This document shows positions 1 through 14,600 of a stretch of DNA of 64,000 bases, piece after piece (within the stretch, counting starts at the first letter, position 1; each line of letters begins with the position of its first letter). The DNA is taken from positions 11,904,001 to 11,968,000 of the forward strand of contig OZ024741.1 in the NCBI GenBank assembly GCA_964016885.1, in the 5' to 3' direction. The notes beneath the pieces were generated by a model that saw nothing but the letters and a program-made list of their open reading frames with translations, was not told where the DNA came from and searched no databases. Source of the stretch: Eledone cirrhosa. Its lineage: Eukaryota. Made by a program: the position numbers and the translations under genes.

Positions 1-2979
1 CTAGTCATAGACGGTATACAACTGTAGACATAGACTAGTCATAGACGGTATACAACTGTAGACATAGACTAGTCATACACGGTATACAACTGTAGACATA
101 GACAAGTCATAGATGGTATACAACTGTAGACATTGACTAGTCATAGAGGGTATACAACTGTAGACACAGACTAGGCATAGACGGTATACAACTGTAGACA
201 CAGAGTAGGCATACACGGTATACAACTGTAGACACAGACTAGTCATTGACGGTATACAACTGTAGACATAGACTAGTCATACACGGTATACAGGTGTAGA
301 CATAGACTAGTCATAGACGGTATACCACTGTAGAGATAGACTAGTCATAGACGCTATACAACTGTAGACATAGACTAGTCATACACGGTATACAACTGTA
401 GACACAGACTATGCATAGACGGTATACAACTGTAGACACAGAGTAGTCATACAAGGTATACAACTGTAGACATAGACTAGGCATAGACGGTATACAACCG
501 TAGACACAGAGAAATCATAGACGGTATACAACCGTAGACATAGACTAGTCATAGACGGTATACAACAGTAGACACAGACTAGTCATAGTCGCTATACAAT
601 CGTAGACACAGACTAGTCATAGACGGTATACAACTGTAGACATAGACAAGTCATAGACGGTATACAACTGTAGACACAAACTAATCATAGTCGGTATACA
701 ACGGTAGACACAGACTAGTCATAGACGGTATATAACTGTAGACATAGACTAGTTATAGACGGTATCCAACTGTAGAGAAAGACTAGTCATAGACGGTATA
801 CAACTGTAGAGACAGACTAGTCATAGACGGTATACAACCGTAGACATAGACTAGTCATAGTCGGTATATAACCGTAGACACAGACTAGTCATAGTCGATA
901 TACAACTGTAGACATAGACTAGTCATAGACGGTATACAACTGTAGACACAGACTAGTCATAGACGGTATACAACTGTAAACACAGACTAGTCATAGACGG
1001 TATACAACTGTAGACACAGACTAGTCATAGACGGTATACAACTGTAGACATAGACTAGTCATAGACGGTATACAACTGTAGACATAGACTAGTCATAGAC
1101 AGTATACAACTATAGACATAGACTAGTCATACACGGTACACAACTGTAGATATAGACTAGTCATAGACGGTATATAACTGAAGACTCAGACTAGGCATAG
1201 ACGGTATACAATTGTAAACATAGACTAGTCATAGACGGTATACAACTGTAGACATAGACAAGTCATAGACGGTATACAATTGTAGACATAGACAAGTCAG
1301 ACGGTATACAACTGTAGACAATTCATAGACGGTATACAATCGTAGATATGACTAGTCATAGACGGTATACAACTGTAGAAATAGACTAGTCATAGACGGT
1401 ATACAACTGTAGACACAGACTAGTCATACACGGTATACAACTGTAGACATAGACTAGTCATAGACGGTATACAACTGTAGACATAGACTAGTCATAGACG
1501 GTATACAACTGTAAACATATACTAGTCATAGACAGTATACAACTGTAGACACTGTCTAGGCATATACGGTATACAACTGAAGACACAGACTAGTCATAGA
1601 CGGTATACAACTGTAAACATATACTAGTCATAGACGGTATACAACTGTAGACACAGACTAGTGATAGACGGTATACAACTGTAAATATAGACTAGTGATA
1701 GACGGTATACAACTGTAGACACAGACTAGTCATAGACGGTATACAACTGTAAACATAGACTAGTGATAAACGGTATACAACTGTAGACACTGACTAGACA
1801 TAGACGGTATACAACTGTAAACATATACTAGTCATAGACGGTATACAACTGTAGACACTGTCTAGGCATATACGGTATACAACTGAAGACACAGACTAGT
1901 CATAGACGGTATACAACTGTAAACATATACTAGTCATAGACGGTATACAACTGTAGACACAGACTAGTGATATACGGTATACAACTGTAAATATGGACTA
2001 GTGATAGACGGTATACAACTGTAGACACAGACTAGTCATAGACGGTATACAACTGTAAACATAGACTAGTGATATACGGTATACAACTGAAGACACAGAC
2101 TAGTCATAGACGGTATACAACTGTAAACATGTACTAGTCATAGACGGTATACAACTATAGACACTGTCTAGGCATATACGGTATACAACTGTAGACACAG
2201 ACTAGTCATACACGGTATAAAACTGTAGACATAGACTAGTCATAGACGGTATACAACTGTAGACACAGACTAGTTATATACAGTATACAACTGTAGACAC
2301 AGACTAGTCATACACGGTATAAAACTGTAGACATAGACTAGTCATAGACGGTATACAGCTGTAGACATAGACTAGGCATAGACGGTATACAACTGTAGAC
2401 ATAGACTAGTCATACACGGTATACAACTGTAGACACAGACTAGTCATACACGGTATAAAACTGTAGACATAGACTAGTCATAGAGGGTATACAACTGTAG
2501 ACATAAACTAGGCATAGACGGTATAAAACTGTAGACATAGACTAGTCATAGATGGTATACAACTGTAGACATAGACTAGTCATAGATGGTATACAACTGT
2601 AGACACAGACTAGTCATAGACGGTATACAACTGTAGACACACACTAGTCATACACGGTATACAACTGTAGACACAGATTAGTCATATACGGTATACAACT
2701 GTAGACATAGACTAGTCATACACGGTATACAACTGTAGACACAGACTAGTCATACACGGTATAAAACTGTAGACATAGACTAGTCATAGACGGTATAGAA
2801 CTGTAGACACAGACTAGGCATAGACGGTATACAACTGTAGACAGAGACTAGTCATACACGGTAGACAACTGTAGAGATAGACTAGTCATACACGGTATAC
2901 AACTGTAGACATACATTAGGCATAGACGGTATACAACTGTAGACACAGACTAGTCATACACGGTATACAACTGTAGACA

Positions 2980-5620
2980 TAGACTAGTCATACACGGTAG
3001 ACAACTGTAGACATACACTAGGCATAGACGGTATACAACTGTAGACATACGCTAGGCATAGACGGTATACAAATGTAGACATAGACTAGGCATAGACGGT
3101 ATACAACTGTAGACATACACTAGGCATAGACGGTATACAACTGTAGACATAGACTAGGCATAGACGGTATACAACTGTAGACATAGACTAGTCATAGACG
3201 GTATAGAATTGTAGACACAGACTAGTCATAGACGGTATACAACTGTAGACACAGACTAGTCATACACGGTATACAACTGTAGACATACACTAGGCATAGA
3301 CGGTATACAACTGTAGACACAGACTAGTCATAGACGGCATACAACTGTAGACACAGACTAGTCATAGACGGTATACAACTGTAGACATAGACTAGTCATT
3401 GACGGTATACAACTGTAGAAACAGACTAGTCATAGACGGCATACAACTGTAGACTCAGACTAGTCATTGACGGTATACAACTGTAGACATAGACTTGTCA
3501 TAGACGGCATACAACTGTAGACACAGACTAGTCATAGACGGTATACAACTGTAGACATAGACTAGTCATTGACGGTATACAACTGTAGACACAGACTAGT
3601 CATAGACGGCATACAACTGTAGACTCAGACAAGTCATTGACGGTATACAAGTGTAGACACAGACTAGTCCTAGACGGCATACAACTGTAGACACAGACTA
3701 GTCATAGACGGTATACATCTGTAGACATAGACTAGTCATTGACGGTATACAACTCTAGACATAGACTAGTCATAGACGGTATACAACTGTAGACACAGAC
3801 TAGTCATAGACGGTATACAACTGTAGACACAGACTAGTCATTGACGGTATACAACTGTAGACACAGACTAGTCATACACGGTATACAACTGTAGACTCAG
3901 ACTAGTCATTGACGGTATACAACTGTAGACACAGACTAGTCATACACGGTATACAACTGTAGACTCAGACTAGTCATTGACGGTATACAACTGTAGACAC
4001 AGACTAGGCATACACGGTATACAACTGTAGATTCAGACTAGTCATAGACGGTATACAACTGTAGACATAGACTAGTCATAGACGGTATACAACTGTAGAC
4101 ATAGACTAGGCATTGACGGTATACAACTGTAGACTCAGACTAGTCATTGACGGTATACAACTGTAGACACAGTCTAGGCATAGACGGTATACAACTGTAG
4201 ACACAGACTAGTCATAGACGGTATACAACTGTAGACACAGACTAGTCATACACGGTACACAACTGTAGACACAGACTAGGCATAGACGGTATACAACTGA
4301 AGACACAGACTAGTCATTGACGGTATACAACTGTAGACACAGACTAGTCATACACGGTATACAACTGTAGACTCAGACTAGTCATAGACGGTATACAACT
4401 GTAGACATAGACTAGTCATAGACGGTATACAACTGTAGACTCAGACTAGTCATTGACGATATACAACTGTAGACACAGACTAGTCATACACGGTATACAA
4501 CTGTAGACTCAGACTAGTCATTGACGGTATACAACTGTAGACACAGACTAGTCATACACGGTATACAACTGTAGACTCAGACTAGTCATTGACGGTATAC
4601 AACTGTAGACACAGACTAGTCATAGACGGTATACAACTGTAGACACAGACTAGTCATAGATGGTATACAACTGTAGACACAGACTAGTCATACACGGTAT
4701 ACAACTGTAGACAGAGACTAGTCATACACGGTAGACAACTGTAGACATACACTAGGCATAGACGGTATACAACTGTAGACATACGCTAGGCATAGACGGT
4801 ATACAAATGTAGACATAGACTAGGCATAGACGGTATACAACTGTAGACATACACTAGGCATAGACGGTATACAACTGTAGACATAGACTAGGCATAGACG
4901 GCATACAACTGTAGACATAGACTAGTCATAGACGGTATACAACTGTAGACACAGACTAGTCATAGACGGTATACAACTGTAGACACAGACTAGTCATACA
5001 CGGTATACAACTGTAGACATACACTAGGCATAGACGGTATACAACTGTAGACACAGACTAGTCATAGACGGCATACAACTGTAGACACAGACTAGTCATA
5101 GACGGTATACAACTGTAGACATAGACTAGTCATTGACGGTATACAACTGTAGACACAGACTAGTCATAGACGGCATACAACTGTAGACTCAGACTAGTCA
5201 TTGACGGTATACAACTGTAGACACAGACTTGTCATAGACGGCATACAACTGTAGACACAGACTAGTCATAGACGGTATACAACTGTAGACATAGACTAGT
5301 CATTGACGGTATACAACTGTAGACACAGACTAGTCATAGACGGCATACAACAGTAGACTCAGACAAGTCAGTGACGGTATACAACTATAGACACAGACTA
5401 GTCCTAGACGGCATACAACTGTAGACACAGACTAGTCATAGACGGTATACATCTGTAGACATAGACTAGTCATTGACGGTATACAACTCTAGACATAGAC
5501 TAGTCATAGACGGTATACAACTGTAGACACAGACTAGTCATAGACGGTATACAACTGTAGACACAGACTAGTCATTGACGGTATACAACTGTAGACACAG
5601 ACTAGTCATACACGGTATAC
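2980..5620. repeat. Local duplication with 1,734-bp (51-monomer) offset
   Basis: The rare variant 'catacgctaggc' (gctagg at 3051 and 4785) is followed in both copies by the same series (caaatgtag, gacttgtc, gtcctag, catctgtag, caactctag). 1734 = 51 x 34. Boundaries are approximate. Confidence 0.85.
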
Positions 5621-8600
5621 AACTGTAGACACAGACTAGTCATAGACGGTATACAACTGTAGACATAGACTAGTCATACACGGTATACAACTGTAGACAT
5701 AGACTAGGCATAGACGATATACAACTGTAGACATAGACTAGGCATACACAGTATACAACTGTAGACACAAACTAGTGATAGACGGTATACAACTCTAGAC
5801 ACAGACTAGTCATAGACGGTATACAACTGTAGACAGAGACTAGGCATAGACGGTATACAACTGTAGACACAGACTAGTCATAGACGGTATACAACTGTAG
5901 ACATAGACTAGTCATACACGGTATACAACTGTAGACATAGACTAGTCAGAGACGGTATACAACTGTAGACACAGACTAGTCATAGACGGTATACAACTGT
6001 AGACATACACTAGGCATAGACGGTATACAACTGTAGACACAGACTAGTCATAGACGGTATACAACTGTAGACATAGACTAGTCATACACGGTATACAACT
6101 GTAGACACAGACTAGTCATAGACGGTATACAACTGTAGACATAGACTAGGCATAGACGGTATACAACTGTAGACACAGACTAGTCATAGACGGTATACAA
6201 CTTTAGACATGGACTAGTTATACACGGTATACAACTGTAGACAGAGACTAGTCATAGACGGTATACAACTGTAGACATAGACTAGTCATACACGGTATAC
6301 AACTGTAGACAGAGACTAGGCATAGACGGTATACAACTGTAGAAACAGACTAGCCATAGACGGTATACAACTGTAGACACAGACTAGTCATAGACGGTAT
6401 ACAACTGTAGACATAGACTAGGCATAGACGGTATACAACTGTAGACATACACTAGTCATAGACGGTATACAACTGTAGACACAGACTAGGCATAGATGGT
6501 ATACAACTGTAGACACAGACTAGTCATACACGATATACAACTGTAGACATAGACTAGTCATAGACGGTATACAACTGTAGACACAGACTAGTCATACACG
6601 GTATACAACTGTAGACATACACTAGTCATAGACGGTATACAACTGTACACACAGACTAGTCATAGACGGTATACAACTGTAGACACAGACTAGTCATACA
6701 CGGTATACAACTGTAGACACAGACTAGTTATTGACGGTATACAACTGTAGACATAGACTAGTCATACATGGTATACAACTGTAGACATAGACATGTCATA
6801 GATGGTATACAACTGTAGACATTGACTAGTCATAGACGGTATACAACTGTAGACACAGACTAGGCATAGACGGTATACAACTGTAGACACAGACTAGGCA
6901 TACACGGTATACAACTGTAGACACAGACTAGTCATTGACGGTATACAACTGTAGACATAGACTAGTCATACACGGTATACAACTGTAGACATAGACTAGT
7001 CATAGACGGTATACCACTGTAGAGATAGACTAGTCATAGACGCTATACAACTGTAGACATAGACTAGTCATACACGATATACAACTGTAGGCATAGACTA
7101 GTCATAGACGGTATACAACTGTAGACACAGACTATGCATAGACGGTATACAACTGTAGACACAGAGTAGTCATACACGGTATACAACTGTAGACATAGAC
7201 TAGGCATAGACGGTATACAACCGTAGACACAGAGAAAACATAGACGGTATACAACCGTAGACATAGACTAGTCATAGACGGTATACAACAGTAGACACAG
7301 ACTAGTCATAGTCGGTATACAACCGTAGATACAGACTAGTCTTAGACGGTATACAACTGTAGACATAGACAAGTCATAGACGGTATACAACTGTAGACAC
7401 AAACTAGTCATAGTCGGTATTCAACGGTAGACACAGACTATTCATAGACGGTATATAACTGTAGACACAGACTAGTTATAGACGGTATCCAACTGTAGAG
7501 ATAGACTAGTCATAGACGGTATACAACTGTAGAGACAGACTAGTCATAGACGGTATACAACCGTAGACATAGACTAGTCATAGTCGCTATATAACCGTAG
7601 ACACAGACTAGTCATAGTCGGTATACAACTGTAGACATAGACTAGTCATAGACGGTATACAACTGTAGACACAGACTAGTCATAGACGGTATACAACTGT
7701 AAACACAGACTAGTCATAGACGGTATACAACTGTCGACACAGACTAGTCATAGACGGTATACAACTGTAGACATAGACTAGTCATAGACGGTATACAACT
7801 GTAGACATAGACTAGTCATAGACAGTATACAACTATAGACATAGACTAGTCATACACGGTACACAACTGTAGATATAGACTAGTCAAAGACGGTATACAA
7901 CTGTAGACTCAGACTAGTCATTGACGGTATACAACTGTAGACACAGACTAGTCATACACGGTATACAACTGTAGACTCAGACTAGTCATTGACGGTATAC
8001 AACTGTAGACACAGACTAGGCATACACGGTATACAACTGTAGACTCAGACTAGTCATAGACGGTATACAACTGTAGACATAGACTAGTCATAGACGGTAT
8101 ACAACTGTAGACATAGACTAGTCATTGACGGTATACAACTGTAGACTCAGACTAGTCATTGACGGTATACAACTGTAGACACAGTCTAGGCATAGACGGT
8201 ATACAACTGTAGACACAGACTAGTCATAGACGGTATACAACTGTAGACACAGACTAGTCATACACGGTACACAACTGTAGACACAGACTAGGCATAGACG
8301 GTATACAACTGTAGACATACACTAGGCATAGACGGTATACAACTGTAGACACAGACTAGTCATAGACGGTATACAACTGTAGACATAGACTAGTCATACA
8401 CGGTATACAACTGTAGACACAGACTAGTCATAGACGGTATACAACTTTAGACATGGACTAGTTATACACGGTATACAACTGTAGACAGAGACTAGTCATA
8501 GACGGTATACAACTGTAGACATAGACTAGTCATACACGGTATACAACTGTAGACTCAGACTAGTCATAGACGGTATACAACTGTAGACATAGACTAGTCA

Positions 8601-11600
8601 TAGACGGTATACAACTGTAGACTCAGACTAGTCATTGACGGTATACAACTGTAGACACAGACTAGTCATACACGGTATACAACTGTAGACTCAGACTAGT
8701 CATTGACGGTATACAACTGTAGACACAGACTAGTCATACACGGTATACAACTGTAGACTCAGACTAGTCATTGACGGTATACAACTGTAGACACAGACTA
8801 GTCATAGACGGTATACAACAATATACACAGACTAGTCATAGACGGTATACAACTGTAGACACAGACTAGTCATAGACGGTATACAACAGTAGACACAGAC
8901 TAGGCATAGACGGTATACAACTGTAGACTCAGACTAGTCATTGACGGTATACAACTGTAGACACAGACTAGTCATAGACGGTATACAACTGTAGACTCAG
9001 ACTAGTCATTGACGGTATACAACTGTAGACACAGACTACTCATAGACGGTATACAACTGTAGACACAGACTAGTCATTGACGGTATACAACTGTAGACAC
9101 AGACTAGTCATAGACGGTATACAACTGTAGACATAGACTAGTCATACACGGTATACAACTGTAGACATAGACTAGGCATAGACGATATACAACTGTAGAC
9201 ATAGACTAGGCATACACAGTATACAACTGTAGACACAAACTAGTGATAGACGGTATACAACTCTAGACACAGACTAGTCATAGACGGTATACAACTGTAG
9301 ACAGAGACTAGGCATAGACGGTATACAACTGTAGACACAGACTAGTCATAGACGGTATACAACTGTAGACATAGACTAGTCATACACGATATACAACTGT
9401 AGACATAGACTAGTCAGAGACGGTATACAACTGTAGACACAGACTAGTCATAGACGGTATACAACTGTAGAGATACACTAGGCATAGACGGTATACAACT
9501 GTAGACACAGACTAGTCATAGACGGTATACAACTGTAGACATAGACTAGTCATACACGGTATACAACTGTAGACACAGACTAGTCATAGACGGTATACAA
9601 CTTTAGACATGGACTAGTTATACACGGTATACAACTGTAGACAGAGACTAGTCATAGACGGTATACAACTGTAGACATAGACTAATCATACACGGTATAC
9701 AACTGTAGACAGAGACTAGGCATAGACGGTATACAACTGTAGAAACAGACTAGCCATAGACGGTATACAACTGTAGACACAGACTAGTCATAGACGGTAT
9801 ACAACTGTAGACATAGACTAGGCATAGACGGTATACAACTGCAGACATACACTAGTCATAGACGGTATACAACTGTAGACACAGACTAGGCATAGATGGT
9901 ATACAACTGTAGACACAGACTAGTCATACACGATATACAACTGTAGACATAGACTAGTCATAGACGGTATACAACTGTAGACACAGACTAGTCATACACG
10001 GTATACAACTGTAGACATACACTAGTCATAGACGGTATACAACTGTACACACAGACTAGTCATAGACGGTATACAACTGTAGACACAGACTAGTCATACA
10101 CGGTATACAACTGTAGACACAGACTAGGCATAGACGGTATACAACTGTAGACACAGACTAGTCATACACGGTATACAACTGTAGACACAGACTAGTTATT
10201 GACGGTATACAACTGTAGACATAGACTAGTCATACATGGTATACAACTGTAGACATAGACATGTCATAGATGGTATACAACTGTAGACATTGACTAGTCA
10301 TAGACGGTATACAACTGTAGACACAGACTAGGCATAGACGGTATACAACTGTAGACACAGACTAGGCATACACGGTATACAACTGTAGACACAGACTAGT
10401 CATTGACGGTATACAACTGTAGACATAGACTAGTCATACACGGTATACAACTGTAGACATAGACTAGTCATAGACGGTATACCACTGTAGAGATAGACTA
10501 GTCATAGACGCTATACAACTGTAGACATAGACTAGTCATACACGGTATACAACTGTAGGCATAGACTAGTCATAGACGGTATACAACTGTAGACACAGAC
10601 TATGCATAGACGGTATACAACTGTAGACACAGAGTAGTCATACACGGTATACAACTGTAGACATAGACTAGGCATAGACGGTATACAACCGTAGACACAG
10701 AGAAAACATAGACGGTATACAACCGTAGACATAGACTAGTCATAGACGGTATACAACAGTAGACACAGACTAGTCATAGTCGGTATACAACCGTAGATAC
10801 AGACTAGTCTTAGACGGTATACAACTGTAGACATAGACAAGTCATAGACGGTATACAACTGTAGACACAAACTAGTCATAGTCGGTATTCAACGGTAGAC
10901 ACAGACTATTCATAGACGGTATATAACTGTAGACACAGACTAGTTATAGACGGTATCCAACTGTAGAGATAGACTAGTCATAGACGGTATACAACTGTAG
11001 AGACAGACTAGTCATAGACGGTATACAACCGTAGACATAGACTAGTCATAGTCGCTATATAACCGTAGACACAGACTAGTCATAGTCGGTATACAACTGT
11101 AGACATAGACTAGTCATAGACGGTATACAACTGTAGACACAGACTAGTCATAGACGGTATACAACTGTAAACACAGACTAGTCATAGACGGTATACAACT
11201 GTAGACACAGACTAGTCATAGACGGTATACAACTGTAGACATAGACTAGTCATAGACGGTATACAACTGTAGACATAGACTAGTCATAGACAGTATACAA
11301 CTATAGACATAGACTAGTCATACACGGTACACAACTGTAGATATAGACTAGTCAAAGACGGTATACAACTGAAGACTCAGACTAGGCATAGACGGTATAC
11401 AATTGTAAACATAGACTAGTCATAGACGGTATACAACTGTAGACAATTCATAGACGGTATACAATCGTAGATATGACAAGTCATAGACGGTATACAACTG
11501 TAGACATAGACTAGTCATAGACGGTATACAACTGTAGACACAGACTAGTCATACACGGTATACAACTGTAGACATAGACTAGTCATAGACGGTATACAAC

Positions 11601-14600
11601 TGTAGACATAGACTAGTCATAGACGGTATACAACTGTAGACATAGACTAGTCATCGTCGATATACAACTGTAGACATAGACTAGTCATAGACGGTATACA
11701 ACTGTAGACACACACTAGTGATAGACGGTATACAACTGTAAACATAGACTAGTGATAGACGGTATACAACTGTAGACACAGACTAGTCATACACGGTATA
11801 CAACTGTAGACACAGACTAGTCATTGACGGTATACAACTGTAGACATAGACTAGTCATACACGGTATACAAGTGTAGACATAGACTAGTCATAGACGGTA
11901 TACCACTGTAGAGATAGACTAGTCATAGACGCTATACAACTGTAGACATAGACTAGTCATACACGGTATACAACTGTAGACACAGACTATGCATAGACGG
12001 TATACAACTGTAGACACAGAGTAGTCATACACGGTATACAACTGTAGACATAGACTAGGCATAGACGGTATACAACCGTAGACACAGAGAAATCATAGAC
12101 GGTATACAACCGTAGACATAGACTAGTCATAGACGGTATACAACAGTAGACACACACTAGTCATAGTCGGTATACAATCGTAGACACAGACTAGTCATAG
12201 TCGGTATACAACGGTAGACACAGACTAATCATAGACGGTATATAACTGTAGACATAGTCTAGTTATAGACGGTATCCAACTATAGAGAAAGACTAGTCAT
12301 AGACGGTATACAACTGTAGAGACAGACTAGTCATAGACGGTATACAACCGTAGACATAGACTAGTCATAGTCGGTATATAACCGTAGACACAGACTAGTC
12401 ATAGTCGGTATACAACTGTAGACATAGACTAGTCATAGACGGTATACAACTGTAGACACAGACTAGTCATAGACGGTATACAACTGTAAACACAGACTAG
12501 TCATAGACGGTATACAACTGTAGACACAGACTAGTCATAGACGGTATACAACTGTAGACATGGACTAGTCATAGACGGTATACAACTGTAGACATAGACT
12601 AGTCATAGACAGTATACAACTATAGACATAGACTAGTCATACACGGTACACGACTGTAGATATAGACTAGTCATAGACGGTATACAACTGAAGACTCAGA
12701 CTAGGCATAGACGGTATACAATTGTAAACATAGACTAGTCATAGACGGTATACAACTGTAGACATAGACTAGTCATTGACGGTATACAACTGTAGACACA
12801 GACTAGTCATAGACGGCATACAACTGTAGACTCAGACTAGTCATTGACGGTATACATCTGTAGACACAGACTTGTCATAGACGGCATACAACTGTAGACA
12901 CAGACTAGTCATAGACGGTATACAACTGTAGACATAGACTATTCCTAGACGGAATACAACTGTAGACACAGACTAGTCATAGACGGTATACATCTGTAGA
13001 CATAGACTAGTCATTGACGGTATACAACTCTAGACATAGACTAGTCATAGACGGTATACAACTGTAGACACAGACTAGTCATAGACGGTATACAACTGTA
13101 GACACAGACTAGTCATTGACGGTATACAACTGTAGACACAGACTAGTCATACACGGTATACAACTGTAGACTCAGACTAGTCATTGACGGTATACAACTG
13201 TAGACACAGACTAGTCATACACGGTATACAACTGCAGACTCAGACTAGTCATTGACGGTATACAACTGTAGACACATACTAGGCATACACGGTATACAAC
13301 TGTAGACTCAGACTAGTCATAGACGGTATACAACTGTAGACATAGACTAGTCATAGACGGTATACAACTGTAGACATAGACTAGTCATTGACGGTATACA
13401 ACTGTAGACTCAGACTAGTCATTGACGGTATACAACTGTAGACACAGTCTAGGCATAGACGGTATACAACTGTAGACACAGACTAGTCATAGACGGTATA
13501 CAACTGTAGACACAGACTAGTCATACACGGTACACAACTGTAGACACAGACTAGGCATAGACGGTATACAACTGAAGACACAGACTAGTCATTGACGGTA
13601 TACAACTGTAGACACAGACTAGTCATACACGGTATACAACTGTAGACTCAGACTAGTCATAGACGGTATACAACTGTAGACATAGACTAGTCATAGACGG
13701 TATACAACTGTAGACTCAGACTAGTCATTGACGGTATACAACTGTAGACACAGACTAGTCATACACGGTATACAACTGTAGACTCAGACTTGTCATTGAC
13801 GGTATACAACTGTAGACACAGACTAGTCATACACGGTATACAACTGTAGACTCAGACTAGTCATTGACGGTATACAACTGTAGACACAGACTAGTCATAG
13901 ACGGTATACAACTGTCGACACAGACTAGTCATAGACGGTATACAACTGTAGACACAGACTAGTCATAGACGGTATACAACAATATACACAGACTAGTCAT
14001 AGACGCTATACAACTGTAGACACAGACTAGTCATAGACGGTATACAACAGTAGACACAGACTAGGCATAGACGGTATACAACTGTAGACTCAGACTAGTC
14101 ATTGACGGTATACAACTGTAGACACAGACTAGTCATAGACGGTATACAACTGTAAACACAGACTAGTCATAGACGGTATACAACTGTAGACACAGACTAG
14201 TCATAGACGGTATACAACTGTAGACATAGACTAGTCATAGACGGTATACAACTGTAGACATAGACTAGTCATAGACAGTATACAACTATAGACATAGACT
14301 AGTCATACACGGTACACAACTGTAGATATAGACTAGTCATAGACGGTATACAACTGAAGACTCAGACTAGGCATAGACGGTATACAATTGTAAACATAGA
14401 CTAGTCATAGACGGTATACAACTGTAGACATAGACTAGTCATTGACGGTATACAACTGTAGACACAGACTAGTCATAGACGGCATACAACTGTAGACTCA
14501 GACTAGTCATTGACGGTATACAACTGTAGACACAGACTTGTCATAGACGGCATACAACTGTAGACACAGACTAGTCATAGACGGTATACAACTGTAGACA

